Origin: Kofleriaceae bacterium
GTDB taxonomy: Bacteria; Myxococcota_A; Polyangia; Haliangiales; Haliangiaceae
Reading direction: 5' to 3'
Length of the DNA stretch: 57,170 nucleotides
Assembly: GCA_965215005.1 (NCBI GenBank)
Contig: CBDCCZ010000034.1
Coordinates: 1-57,170, forward strand
This document shows positions 40,227 through 49,382 of this stretch, piece after piece (the stretch's first letter is position 1; each line of letters begins with the position of its first letter). Position numbers and translations under genes: made by a program. A model generated the notes under the pieces. The model saw only the letters and a list, made by a program, of their open reading frames with translations. It did no database searches and was not told the origin of the DNA.

Positions 40227-41276
40227 ATGCAGTCTGCCCTCAAGCCGCGGCACCGCATCGCTTACCACCTTCAGCAGCTCTCGCTCTTCGTCAACGCAAC
40301 CGTCGTGCAAGAGACCGCGCGCACGATGCTCGGCAAGCCGCGTCCACGTCCCGGCGCTGAAGCGCTGCGGCTGGTCCAGCGCCGGTATCGCGAGCTCCTT
40401 GCCCGCGATTTAGCCAACGTCTCGCAGGGGCTCTATCCGCGCGAGCTGCTGTTCGGAATGCCTATCCGCACCTACGCGCGGGTGTTGCCGCGGCTCCTCG
40501 TCGATGCGCCCCGCATCGCGCGCCGAATGCGCGCCAAGGCGTGGCGCGAGCTGCCCGAAGATGTCGATTTGCGGCGCTATCCTCCCTACTACCGCCGCAC
40601 ATTTCACTGGCAGACCGATGGCTACTTGAGCGACCGCTCGGCGGCGCTCTATGACCTCGGCGTCGAGCTTCTGTTTCGCGGCACCGCGGACGTGATGCGG
40701 AGGCAAGTGATTCCGCCAATTACACGACACCTGCGTGAGCGCACCGACGAGGAGTCGCCGCGGCTCCTCGATATCGCTTGCGGGACGGGGCGGGTTCTCG
40801 AGCAGCTGGCGGTGGCGCATCCGCAGCTTCGGCTGCACGGAGTCGACCTCAGTCCCTATTACGTCCGCGTAGCAAGGCAGCGCCTGGCGACGGCCGAGCT
40901 ATCGCTGATGGTGGAAAACGCCGAGTCGCTGCCGTATGTCGATGGCTACTTCGACATCGCTACGTGCGTGTATCTCTTCCATGAGCTGCCGAGAAACGCG
41001 CGGAGGCAGGTGGTGAAGGAGATGTTGCGCGTCATCGCGCCCGGCGGAATGCTGGTGATAGAAGACTCGGCGCAGCTTTCCGATAGCCCGGAGCTTGCTG
41101 ACATTCTGGCCGCATTTGCGGACGACTTTCACGAGCCGTTTTATCGTGACTATCTCGAAGATGATCTAGCGACAATGCTCGCCGAAGCAGGATTCGTAGT
41201 GGAATCGAGCGAGCCGCACCTGGTCGCCAAAGTGGTAGTGGCGCGGCGGCCGCCGCTTGCGCAGAACGCCAGCTAG
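40227..41276 (+). CDS. Class I SAM-dependent methyltransferase
   Basis: Motifs YYRRTFHWQTDGYLS, LLDIACGTG, VDLSP and YLFHELP. Confidence 0.9.
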   Translation: MQSALKPRHRIAYHLQQLSLFVNATVVQETARTMLGKPRPRPGAEALRLVQRRYRELLARDLANVSQGLYPRELLFGMPIRTYARVLPRLLVDAPRIARRMRAKAWRELPEDVDLRRYPPYYRRTFHWQTDGYLSDRSAALYDLGVELLFRGTADVMRRQVIPPITRHLRERTDEESPRLLDIACGTGRVLEQLAVAHPQLRLHGVDLSPYYVRVARQRLATAELSLMVENAESLPYVDGYFDIATCVYLFHELPRNARRQVVKEMLRVIAPGGMLVIEDSAQLSDSPELADILAAFADDFHEPFYRDYLEDDLATMLAEAGFVVESSEPHLVAKVVVARRPPLAQNAS

Positions 41277-42166
41277 CGCAGGACCGGCAGCGACGGGCGT
41301 CGCGGGCGCTCGGTTGCTGCCGAGGAATGCACTGCCAACGCTTTGGCGTGGGCGGGTCGAGGCGCGGTGGCGGTGATTGGGCGAATCTCTGGGTCGCGCT
41401 CGGCCCAGGCGCGCTGCACCTGGCGGTCGAGCAAGTGGGTAGGTCGCACGTTGCGCAGTGCTCCCAGCATGACGCTGCGCAGCGGCGGGTGAGTGCGCTC
41501 GAGCTCATCGAGGAGTCGGGTCATGGCATCGCGTTTGAGCCCGTCTTGCGAGCCGCACAGATTGCACGGAAGAATCGGAAACGCCATCTCGTTGGCGAAT
41601 GCGGCAATATCGCGCTCGCTGCACTCGATGAGCGGACGGATGACGTCGAAGCGGTCGTCATCGGTGCGGTAGCTCGCCGGCATCGCCTGCAGCTTGCCGC
41701 TGTAGAAGAGGTTCATGAGAAACGTCTCGAGCGTATCGTCGCGATGATGGCCAAGGGCGATCTTGTTGCAGCCGAGGCGCTCGGCCGCTGTGTAGAGAAT
41801 GCCGCGGCGCAGGCGTGAGCACAGGGAGCAATAGGTCGACGAGGCGTCGAGATGCTCGGTGACGACGGAGTAGGTATCTTCCGAGAGGATCTCGAACGCA
41901 ACGCCGCTCGCCTGCAAGAACTCTCGCAGCGGCGCGCCATCATACCCCGGTTGCCGCTGGTCGAGATGAACCGCGATGAGGTGGATCTCGAACGGCAGTC
42001 GAGCAGCCAGCTTGTGGAGAAGGTGCAGGAGCGTATAGCTGTCTTTGCCGCCGCTGATGGCTACGAGGATTCGATCGCCGGGGGCGAGGAGCTCGTAGCT
42101 CTCGCAGGTTTGTTTTAGTTGGCGGTACAGAGGGCGCTCGAGGCGCTCGATAGGCGAAACCGACAC
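41273..42166 (-). CDS. ttcA: tRNA 2-thiocytidine(32) synthetase
   Basis: PP-loop SGGKDS and motifs CSLCSRLRRG, LGHHRDD and PCNLCGSQ. Confidence 0.96.
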   Translation of the reverse strand: MSVSPIERLERPLYRQLKQTCESYELLAPGDRILVAISGGKDSYTLLHLLHKLAARLPFEIHLIAVHLDQRQPGYDGAPLREFLQASGVAFEILSEDTYSVVTEHLDASSTYCSLCSRLRRGILYTAAERLGCNKIALGHHRDDTLETFLMNLFYSGKLQAMPASYRTDDDRFDVIRPLIECSERDIAAFANEMAFPILPCNLCGSQDGLKRDAMTRLLDELERTHPPLRSVMLGALRNVRPTHLLDRQVQRAWAERDPEIRPITATAPRPAHAKALAVHSSAATERPRRPSLPVLR

Positions 42167-42203
42167 CGCCGCATGGTAGCCGTCTGCTCGGCTAGAGCAA
42201 GGC

Positions 42204-43307
42204 TCATCGCTGCTTGGCGTTGCTGCGGCCGCGCAGATAGCTTGCGCCTTTGGTCATGAGCGCTGCAAATCCGGCGCTGTCGCCGGCTCGGACTAGCGAG
42301 CGCAGCCGCTCGACCGCGTACAGCAGCGCGGTGAGAGATTCGGTCCCATAGTCGTTGAGGGTTTGGATCTCGAAGTACAGCTGGGGATTCTCACCGGCGA
42401 CGCGCGCTGCCACCTCGAGCTGAGCGTCGAAGGTGGTGCTAGAGAGCTCGGCGAGCTTGGGCGCCGCTGCCCCGCTTTCGGCAAGCGCGGTGAAGAAGGC
42501 AATGTTGACGGCGTGGGATAGGCCAAGGACATAGGCGATGAGTTGATCGTGGCTCTCGAGCTCCATATCGACGCGCCGGGCCATGGTGGAGGCAAAGAGC
42601 TCCTGGACGGCCGCGGTGGCCTCGGCGACGCCGAGGTCGATGAAGATGACGTGGCGTCCCGAGAGCAGCTCGGTGTCGGGACCAAACATCGGGTGCACCG
42701 AGGTCACTCGCACGCCGGCTGCCACGCACGCTTGCAGACCCGAGCGAAGCGGGCTCTTGAGCGAGCCGATGTCAAAGACGATTCCCGGCGGTTGGCGCTG
42801 CGCGAGCTCGAGCAAGATCTGGTTGGAGCTCGGCATCGGTGCGGCGACCACGATGAAGTCGTGGGTGAGGTCGGCTTCGCGCCAGTCGGCGTAGCTCACG
42901 AAGGCGGAACCTTCGGCGGCTGGGTCGGCGATCTCCACCGCGTAGCCCTGTGAAGCGAGGAAACGGGCGAACCAGCGGCCCATATTGCCAGCACCGCCTA
43001 TGACCAGAACGCGCTTGCCGGTGCCAGCGCCTTGCGCGGCCACCAGATCGCGCTCCTGAATGGTGAGCGAGGAGCGAATCAGTAGCAGCATGAGCGACTC
43101 ACCGAGCTCGCCGCTGAGCGCCCGCTGTTCCGCCGCAGCCCGCGCCCGCTGCAACACGTCGCGCTCTTGGCGATAATCGCGAGTGGCGATACCGGACGCT
43201 TGCTTGATGCGGCCGATTTCAGCGGCTAACGCCTGCCGCTTGGCGACCAGCTCGATGATTTGCTGATCCACTTCACCGAGCTGCGAGCGCAACGTATCCA
43301 GAGTCAT
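42204..43307 (-). CDS. tyrA: Bifunctional chorismate mutase / prephenate dehydrogenase
   Basis: N-terminal CM domain ([13 protein letters not shown]) and motifs [20 protein letters not shown] and HD. Confidence 0.9.
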   Translation of the reverse strand: MTLDTLRSQLGEVDQQIIELVAKRQALAAEIGRIKQASGIATRDYRQERDVLQRARAAAEQRALSGELGESLMLLLIRSSLTIQERDLVAAQGAGTGKRVLVIGGAGNMGRWFARFLASQGYAVEIADPAAEGSAFVSYADWREADLTHDFIVVAAPMPSSNQILLELAQRQPPGIVFDIGSLKSPLRSGLQACVAAGVRVTSVHPMFGPDTELLSGRHVIFIDLGVAEATAAVQELFASTMARRVDMELESHDQLIAYVLGLSHAVNIAFFTALAESGAAAPKLAELSSTTFDAQLEVAARVAGENPQLYFEIQTLNDYGTESLTALLYAVERLRSLVRAGDSAGFAALMTKGASYLRGRSNAKQR

Positions 43308-43345
43308 GACGGCATCGTAGCGGCGCAGCGACGCGAAAGGACACC

Positions 43346-43376
43346 GAAACGAGAGCGGCCGCCCGGAGGCGGCCGC
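43346..43376 (-). terminator. Putative terminator of the OmpA gene
   Basis: Perfect 9-bp stem GCGGCCGCC-TCCG-GGCGGCCGC followed by TCTCGTTTC on the minus strand. Confidence 0.6.
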
Positions 43377-43401
43377 AGGGTTGGGATGAAGGTACCGGCG
43401 G

Positions 43402-44979
43402 TTACGGTGTCTGGCCGGCTTCTTCGTTCGTGGGTTGCGTCGCCGGCGCTTCGGTTCCGGTAGGCGTGGGCGGGGCCTGTCCGACGATCTCGAACTCCAC
43501 GCGGCGGTTGGCGGCACGGCCCTCGTTGGTCTCGTTGGAGGCGACCGGCTCGGTCTCGCCCATACCAACCGCTTCTAGGCGCGAGCGGTCGACGCCGCGC
43601 TTGATCAGATACTCGGCGACCGCTTCGGAGCGCTTCTGGCTGAGCTCCATATTGTAGTCATCCTTGCCGCGATCATCGGTGTGACCTTCGATGCGGACCT
43701 TCTCGATCTCGGGATGGGCTCGCATCACGTCAGCGATGTTGTTGAGGAGCGCGTTGGATCGGCGCTGGATGCGCGCGCGGTTGGTCACGAAGTAGACGCG
43801 GTCGAGAATCTCGATGCGAGTCTGGGTGAGCGTGACGAGCTGCTTCTTCTTACAGCCGCGGTTTTCGGCAGTGCCTGGCTCATCGGGGCAGTTGTCGAGG
43901 CGATCGACGACGCCGTCATTATCGCGATCGGCATCGGGGCAGCCGCGGTTTTCGATCACGCCGGCTTCGGCGGGACAGGCATCGGCGTCATCGTTGACAC
44001 CGTCGTTGTCATTGTCTGGATCGGGGCAGCCATCTTCGTCTTCGAAACCATCGAGATCCTCGGGCGACTCGGGGCACTTGTCGGCGACGTCGTTGATGGT
44101 GTCTTGATCGGTATCGGGTATCTCATCGGGGCAGCCATCGTCGTCTTGGTAGTTGTTGACCGTCTCTGGCTCTTCGGGGCAGCGATCAGCGGCGCCGATG
44201 AGGCCATCGCCATCGGGATCTTGCGGACAGCCCGTGGGCGCTACGCCGATCTCGTTGGGGCATTCGTCGCGGTCGTTGGGAATGCCATCGCGATCGTCAT
44301 CGGCCGGCGGCGCCGGCGGCGGATCGTCGATGTCAAACGAGCCACCAACGCCGAAGGTAACGCCGTAGTGCACGGTGGCGTCATCGGTGAAGGCTTCGGG
44401 CCCGGCGATGACGCGGCCGTCGAGCCGGAACACGATGACGTTGCCGACGTAGAGCTTGAGACCGCCACCGCCGAAGGCGGCTTCGTCGAGGTTGTTGCCC
44501 AGCGCGCCATCATCAGAAAACACTGCCTGGCCGCCGACGCCACCGAAGATGAACGGCGTGACCTTGGCGGGATACTGCACGAGCAGCTGCTGGTTGAAGT
44601 TTAGGATCTGCGCGCTGTCGCCTTCGTCGGTCTCGGCGTCGAGGATGGCGACCTCGCCTTCGATACCGATGTAGGGCGTAAACAGGAAGGTGCCGCGCAG
44701 GCCGAGCCCGATCGGAATCTTCTTGAACGGCGACTGCTGAGCGAGGTCGCTCTTGTGATCGTAGAGCTCGTGGTCGTCATCGAACCACATGCCCACGCCG
44801 AAAATGTTGAACTCGACGTCGCGGTCGCGTGGCTCGACGAGTCGAGAGTTCTCATCGACCGATGCGTCGACGCTTGCGCTGCCGGACATCGGTTCATTGG
44901 TGTCGGCGTCCTGCGCGAACGCAGGCACCGAAGAGAGCGCTAGTACAGGCGCAATAAGCCAGGAGTATTTTCCCCTCAT
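43402..44979 (-). CDS. OmpA family outer-membrane protein with thrombospondin type-3 repeats
   Basis: Signal peptide AFA, beta-barrel-like region, DxDxDG..D.CP repeats and IEGHTD...LSQKRS...NRRVEF. Confidence 0.93.
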   Translation of the reverse strand: MRGKYSWLIAPVLALSSVPAFAQDADTNEPMSGSASVDASVDENSRLVEPRDRDVEFNIFGVGMWFDDDHELYDHKSDLAQQSPFKKIPIGLGLRGTFLFTPYIGIEGEVAILDAETDEGDSAQILNFNQQLLVQYPAKVTPFIFGGVGGQAVFSDDGALGNNLDEAAFGGGGLKLYVGNVIVFRLDGRVIAGPEAFTDDATVHYGVTFGVGGSFDIDDPPPAPPADDDRDGIPNDRDECPNEIGVAPTGCPQDPDGDGLIGAADRCPEEPETVNNYQDDDGCPDEIPDTDQDTINDVADKCPESPEDLDGFEDEDGCPDPDNDNDGVNDDADACPAEAGVIENRGCPDADRDNDGVVDRLDNCPDEPGTAENRGCKKKQLVTLTQTRIEILDRVYFVTNRARIQRRSNALLNNIADVMRAHPEIEKVRIEGHTDDRGKDDYNMELSQKRSEAVAEYLIKRGVDRSRLEAVGMGETEPVASNETNEGRAANRRVEFEIVGQAPPTPTGTEAPATQPTNEEAGQTP

Positions 44980-45363
44980 GGGTGTCCATGTTGGTGAGTT
45001 TCTAGGGGAGGTGCAAAGAAACGGCGGTCGAATTTCCGACTCGTCGCATTTTTTTGTTGTCGCGATAAAGGACCAGCACGCGGAACTAGCTTCATTGCTG
45101 CGAATAAAAGGTGTTTTAAGTAACATATTTTATGGAATTTGCTGTCTTTGTTGCGGATTGACGCGCAGATGTGCCCTGTGGCAGCGGATGCAGGGCGAAT
45201 GAACATAAATGCGAAAAACTGCGCGAGATAGGTACGGGGGCAGGCGCCGCCCCGGCACAAGTGCGGGAGTTGGCGCCGGCCGAGGCCGCGCGGTCGTGGC
45301 GCTCAAGCTGTGGGCGAAGGCGCCGATTGGTTCCTCTAGGTGGCAAACGCGCTGGGGAGGAAC

Positions 45364-46077
45364 ATGCGAAGAGTCGTGGGGATCGTGGTTTGGACGATGA
45401 TGGCTGGTTGCGGAACGATGGGAGCGACCGGAGAGCCTGCGGTAGCGCCTCCGTGTCGCGCGGCGCTTGCGACGCTCGATGTCGCTGATGCGCCCCGAAC
45501 CGAGGCGCTCGCAACGCGATTGGCGGCGTGCGGAATGTATGTGGAGCTGTTCGAACGCGTGGTGCCCCAGAGCTCTGATCCGCTGCTGCTAACGCGGCTC
45601 GAAGAGCGTGGATTTCTGGTTGAGGCGGAGCTGGTGCGATATGCGGATGCGCATCGCGGGATGGCTTTCATGGCCATCGATCCAGCTCGTGCGGTGGCGG
45701 CGCTCGATCTCATTAGCCGCTGGCTGCTCGCGAAAGGAGCCATGGCACACTGCGGACTATTGGCCCGAGCGGTCGAAGGGGGGAGCGAAGCGGCTCGAGC
45801 GGGTCTGTTGCGCTATTTCGAACATGCGCAGTGCGCGGCGGGGCCGTCGGTGGCACGGCGACTGCTCGCGACGCCGTATCGGGCGCGAGCGTGTCGCGTG
45901 GTGGGAGAGCTCGGTGACAGCGAGTGGCTGGGACTGCTAGCGCAGGTGTCGTGGCGCGATCAGATGGCGGCGGAGCCGCGAAGCTGTGCGCGGGCGCTGA
46001 GGCGGGTGAAGCAGCGCCTGCAGTGGCTGGTACGGATGCAGGTGAGCCCGCAGCAGCGGTCGCGGCAAGACTGGTAG
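45364..46077 (+). CDS. Hypothetical lipoprotein
   Basis: RBS GGAGG, lipobox MAGC, Ala/Arg-rich helical body. Confidence 0.6.
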   Translation: MRRVVGIVVWTMMAGCGTMGATGEPAVAPPCRAALATLDVADAPRTEALATRLAACGMYVELFERVVPQSSDPLLLTRLEERGFLVEAELVRYADAHRGMAFMAIDPARAVAALDLISRWLLAKGAMAHCGLLARAVEGGSEAARAGLLRYFEHAQCAAGPSVARRLLATPYRARACRVVGELGDSEWLGLLAQVSWRDQMAAEPRSCARALRRVKQRLQWLVRMQVSPQQRSRQDW

Positions 46078-46106
46078 GAGAACACGCAGGGACAGTATTT
46101 TTGGCG

Positions 46107-46147
46107 TTGACACCGATAAGTTAGTTCTCTAAAACTAACTTATCGGT
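46107..46147 (+). promoter_or_regulatory. Sigma70-like promoter overlapped by a perfect 15-bp inverted repeat (putative operator)
   Basis: TTGACA(46107-46112)-N17-TAAAAC. Inverted repeat ACCGATAAGTTAGTT-CTCTAA-AACTAACTTATCGGT at 46112-46147. Confidence 0.75.
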
Positions 46148-46189
46148 TTCGTCCCCTCCTTCTTTCGCCGGGAGAGAGGCCATGTCCCA

Positions 46190-46723
46190 GTGTTTGCTGT
46201 TAAAAAACGATTCTTTTCCGCTTTTTTTGCGGCCGCGATGGCCATCTCGATCGGCGGCTGCACCATCGAAATGCAGGCTCCAGAGCAAGGGCCACCCGGC
46301 TCGGAGGGCGGTTCCTACGGCGGGCCGGACGGCGTGGATGCCGGCGCGGGTCCCAATGGTGAGCAGCCTGGTGGTGAGCAGCCCGGCGGTGAGCAGCCCG
46401 GCGGCCAACCTTCCAACTGCCAGCCCGGTGGCGAGCAGCCCGGTGGCGAGCAGCCCGGTGGCCAGCCAGGCGGACAGCCCGGCGGACAGCCCGGCGGCCA
46501 ACCAGGCGGACAGCCCGGCGGCCAACCAGGCGGACAGCCCGGCGGCCAACCAGGCGGACAGCCCGGCGGCGAGCAGCCCGGTGGCCAACCAGGCGGACAG
46601 CCCGGATGTGAGCAACCGTCCGGCGACGGCGGTCAACCCGGCGACGGCGGTCAACCCGGCGACGGCGGTCAACCCGGCGACGGCGGTCAACCCGGCGGCG
46701 GCGGTCAACCCGGCGGCGGCTGA
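46190..46723 (+). CDS. Low-complexity QPGG/GDGGQP-repeat lipoprotein
   Basis: Signal peptide KKRFFSAFFAAAMAISIGGC. Synonymous variation between repeats (CAG/CAA, CCC/CCA, GGC/GGA/GGT) preserves this frame. Confidence 0.75.
   Translation: MFAVKKRFFSAFFAAAMAISIGGCTIEMQAPEQGPPGSEGGSYGGPDGVDAGAGPNGEQPGGEQPGGEQPGGQPSNCQPGGEQPGGEQPGGQPGGQPGGQPGGQPGGQPGGQPGGQPGGQPGGQPGGEQPGGQPGGQPGCEQPSGDGGQPGDGGQPGDGGQPGDGGQPGGGGQPGGG
46360..46720 (+). repeat. Coding tandem repeats of 12/15-nt (QPGG/EQPGG) and 18-nt (GDGGQP) units
   Basis: Units such as CAGCCCGGCGGC, CAACCAGGCGGA and GGCGACGGCGGTCAACCC are directly visible. Confidence 0.9.
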
Positions 46724-46881
46724 TTCGCGCAGCTTCCCGGCCGCAGCTTTGCCACCACCCGTCTATACGCCGCCGCGAGATTGATGACGCAGAAATCCGC
46801 CGCCCCGATGCGGGGCAAGGGCGGCAGATTTCTGCTGCTCACGAGCCCCCTTCGGCGTCTCCCCAAGGGATTGTTGTTTTG

Positions 46882-46944
46882 CTAGCGGTTCACGACTTCC
46901 GCCGTGAACCACTAGCGGTTCGCGATTTCCCTCGGGAACCGCTA
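46882..46944. repeat. Two tandem 30-bp palindromic units (24/30 identical)
   Basis: CTAGCGGTTCACGACTTCCGCCGTGAACCA followed by CTAGCGGTTCGCGATTTCCCTCGGGAACCG CTA. Confidence 0.7.
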
Positions 46945-47257
46945 AAAACGCCCCCATCGAGCGGAAGAGACGCCAAACGAGAGGCTTGGCCACCGCGCCA
47001 CCACTCAGCCGTGGCGTACCAGAGGATGCGAGTCGTTCGCTGCCGTGATGCCTCAGCCGCGTCGTCATGCCGCGGCTGAGGCGTTGCATGTTGCGCAACC
47101 GCGTTCGAGACGACCCATCGAGACAGCGATATGCGCGCGCCGCAGCTCACGATCAGAGGCGCGTGGCAAACTACCTACCGGCAGTTCTATAACTTCCTGT
47201 AACCTGCTGTTTTTTCTGTGGTTATAGGGCTTCTGGCTTGACTCCACCGTGGCCGTA

Positions 47258-47274
47258 CTGGATATTCGTTCAGG
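47258..47274 (+). promoter_or_regulatory. Myxococcus-type LexA (SOS) box of the imu operon
   Basis: CTGGATATTCGTTCAGG matches 15/17 positions of CTRHAMRYBYGTTCAGS. It overlaps the -10 of TTGACT-N17-GATATT and ends 1 nt before ATG47276. Confidence 0.75.
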
Positions 47275-47275
47275 T

Positions 47276-47920
47276 ATGGCCGACCGCGCTGAGGACATCC
47301 GCCGACTCCTCGCCAGTGCCTCGGTGCAGCGCGCCGATGCGCATGCAACGCCGAGCGACGAGCCACTCGAATGGAGCGCCGAGCGTCTGGCGGGCCGGCT
47401 GATCGAGCTCTGTGGCGTCGGCGCGGCGGCCTCTCTCACTGCCGCGATTCAGCTGGTGCTCGACGCCCAACGGGGCGCAGAGCCGGTCGCCTGGGTGACG
47501 TTGCCGCACAGCACGTTTTATCCACCTGACGTCCACGACGCCGGCGTCGATCTCGAGGCGCTGGCTATCGTTCGCGCGCCCAGCAGCCAAGAAGCGGCCC
47601 GCGCCGCCGATCGGTTGCTCCGCTCCGGCGCGTTTGGCCTGGTGGTGCTCGATCTCGGCAAGAGCGCGCGCATTCCCATCGCCATGCAGGGGCGGCTGGT
47701 CGGCTTGGCGCAAAAGCACGATAGCGCCATCGTCTGCATTACGGAAAAGTCGGCCGAGGCGCCTTCCCTCGGTTCGATGGTGTCGCTGCGAGCCGAGGTG
47801 GTGCGCGATTCGCTCGATGGAGCGCGCTTTCGCTGCCAGGTGAAGGTGTTGAAAGACAAGCGACGCGGCCCGGGTTGGAGTCACACCGAGGTGCGGCGTG
47901 GACCGGCTGGCCTGCGTTGA
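47276..47920 (+). CDS. imuA: ImuA, RecA-like mutagenesis protein
   Basis: RecA-like GRLIELCG, FYPPD..GVDL and LLRSGAFGLVVLD with a degenerate Walker A. First gene of the imu cassette. Confidence 0.85.
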   Translation: MADRAEDIRRLLASASVQRADAHATPSDEPLEWSAERLAGRLIELCGVGAAASLTAAIQLVLDAQRGAEPVAWVTLPHSTFYPPDVHDAGVDLEALAIVRAPSSQEAARAADRLLRSGAFGLVVLDLGKSARIPIAMQGRLVGLAQKHDSAIVCITEKSAEAPSLGSMVSLRAEVVRDSLDGARFRCQVKVLKDKRRGPGWSHTEVRRGPAGLR

Positions 47921-49382
47921 TGTGCCGGCGTTTCCGCTGCAACTGGCGCTGCAGCGTCATCCCGCGTGGCGCGGCTCGCCGGTGGTGGTGGTGGCCGAAG
48001 ACAAGCCGCAAGCGGAAATTCGCTGGGTAAATGCTGAAGCGCAGGCGCTGCGCATTTTGCCAGGGCAGCGATTTGCGCACGCGCTATCGCTGGCCCCCGG
48101 CTTGCGAGCCGCGATGATTTCACGTGTCGACCTCGATGCCGGGCTTGCGCAGCTACTGGAGCGGCTGCGCAAGTTTTCACCGCACGTCGAGGTCGATGAT
48201 GCCGAGCCGGGGGTGTTTTGGCTCGATGCAGGAGGTCTCGAGCGGCTGCGCGGCACGGTAACGCGCTGGAGTCGTGAGCTGCATAGCAGCTTGCAAGCCG
48301 CCGGCTGGGGCTGCGCCGTGGTGGTCGGCACCTCGCGCTTTGCAACCTATGCGATTGCCCGCCACCGCGCTGGCGTCACTGTGTTCGACGATGCCGAGGC
48401 CGAGCGCGCGGCCGCCCGGGTCGTGCCGCTCGAGGCGCTGGGCGTCGAGCCGCGGCTGCGCGATGCCTTGGGACGCCTGGGCATCACCACCGTAGGAGCA
48501 TTCGTGCGTCTGCCGGCCGGCGGGGTGCTCGAGCGCTTCGGTGGTCAAGCGCATCGACTCCATCGTCTCGCGGCTGGCGAGGCATGGGATCCCATAAGTC
48601 CCCGCCCTCCGACCGAGCCGCTCGAGCAGCGCGTGTATCTCGATGATCCGGAGGTCGATGTCCACCGGTTGGTGTTTGCCATCAAGCAGGGCCTCGACCC
48701 GCTGCTCGGGCTGTTGGCTCGCCATCATCGAGCCCTGGCGGCGCTGCATCTGGTCTTCACTCTCGATGGCGCTGCGCCCCAGCATCACCTCCTGCGTCCC
48801 GCCGAGCCCACTCTCGATGCCCGCACGCTGCTTCGCCTCCTGCACCTTCGACTCGAAGCCTCGCCGCCGCCGGCGGGCGTGCGCGAAATCGAGCTCGCCG
48901 CGGAAGACGTGGCCGCAAGCCACGAGCAGCTGAGCTTGTTTAGCCAGCGACCGAGGCGCGATTTGCGCGCCGCTGCCGAGGCGTTTGCGCAGTTGCGCGC
49001 CGAGCTTGGCAACGATGCGGTACTCAAAGCCGTGCTTCGCGAAGGGCACTTGCCCGAGTCGCGGTTTGGCTGGGAGAGCTTGACCAGCTTGCCGCTGCCA
49101 AAGCCTGGTGTTGGCAGTGACAATTTGATTAGGCGCTTGTACTCCAAGCCGCGGTTGCTGCCGCCGCAGCCGCGAGAGGTTCGCAACGATGGCTGGCTTC
49201 TCACCGGTCTAGAGCATGGACCGGTCGATGATGTCGTCGGTCCCTACATTATATGTGGCGGCTGGTGGCTCGGCGGTGTCCACCGTGAGTATCACTTCGT
49301 CAAGACCCGCCGCGGCGAGTGCCTGTGGGTCTATTACGATCGACCGCGCCGGCGCTGGTTTCTCCACGGGTTGGTTCAATGA
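47898..49382 (+). CDS. imuB: ImuB, inactive Y-family polymerase-like protein
   Basis: Motifs [33 protein letters not shown] clamp-binding motif, HLPE and GP..GGWW..REY. Confidence 0.9.
   Translation: MDRLACVDVPAFPLQLALQRHPAWRGSPVVVVAEDKPQAEIRWVNAEAQALRILPGQRFAHALSLAPGLRAAMISRVDLDAGLAQLLERLRKFSPHVEVDDAEPGVFWLDAGGLERLRGTVTRWSRELHSSLQAAGWGCAVVVGTSRFATYAIARHRAGVTVFDDAEAERAAARVVPLEALGVEPRLRDALGRLGITTVGAFVRLPAGGVLERFGGQAHRLHRLAAGEAWDPISPRPPTEPLEQRVYLDDPEVDVHRLVFAIKQGLDPLLGLLARHHRALAALHLVFTLDGAAPQHHLLRPAEPTLDARTLLRLLHLRLEASPPPAGVREIELAAEDVAASHEQLSLFSQRPRRDLRAAAEAFAQLRAELGNDAVLKAVLREGHLPESRFGWESLTSLPLPKPGVGSDNLIRRLYSKPRLLPPQPREVRNDGWLLTGLEHGPVDDVVGPYIICGGWWLGGVHREYHFVKTRRGECLWVYYDRPRRRWFLHGLVQ

Noticed and set aside
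43890..44300. Repetitive DxDxDG/CP sequence in the OmpA gene
   Set aside because: These are ordinary thrombospondin type-3 repeats, common in myxobacterial OmpA proteins.
46360..46944. Repeats as a possible CRISPR array
   Set aside because: The units are contiguous, lack unique spacers, are mostly codon-multiple coding repeats, and no cas genes are present.
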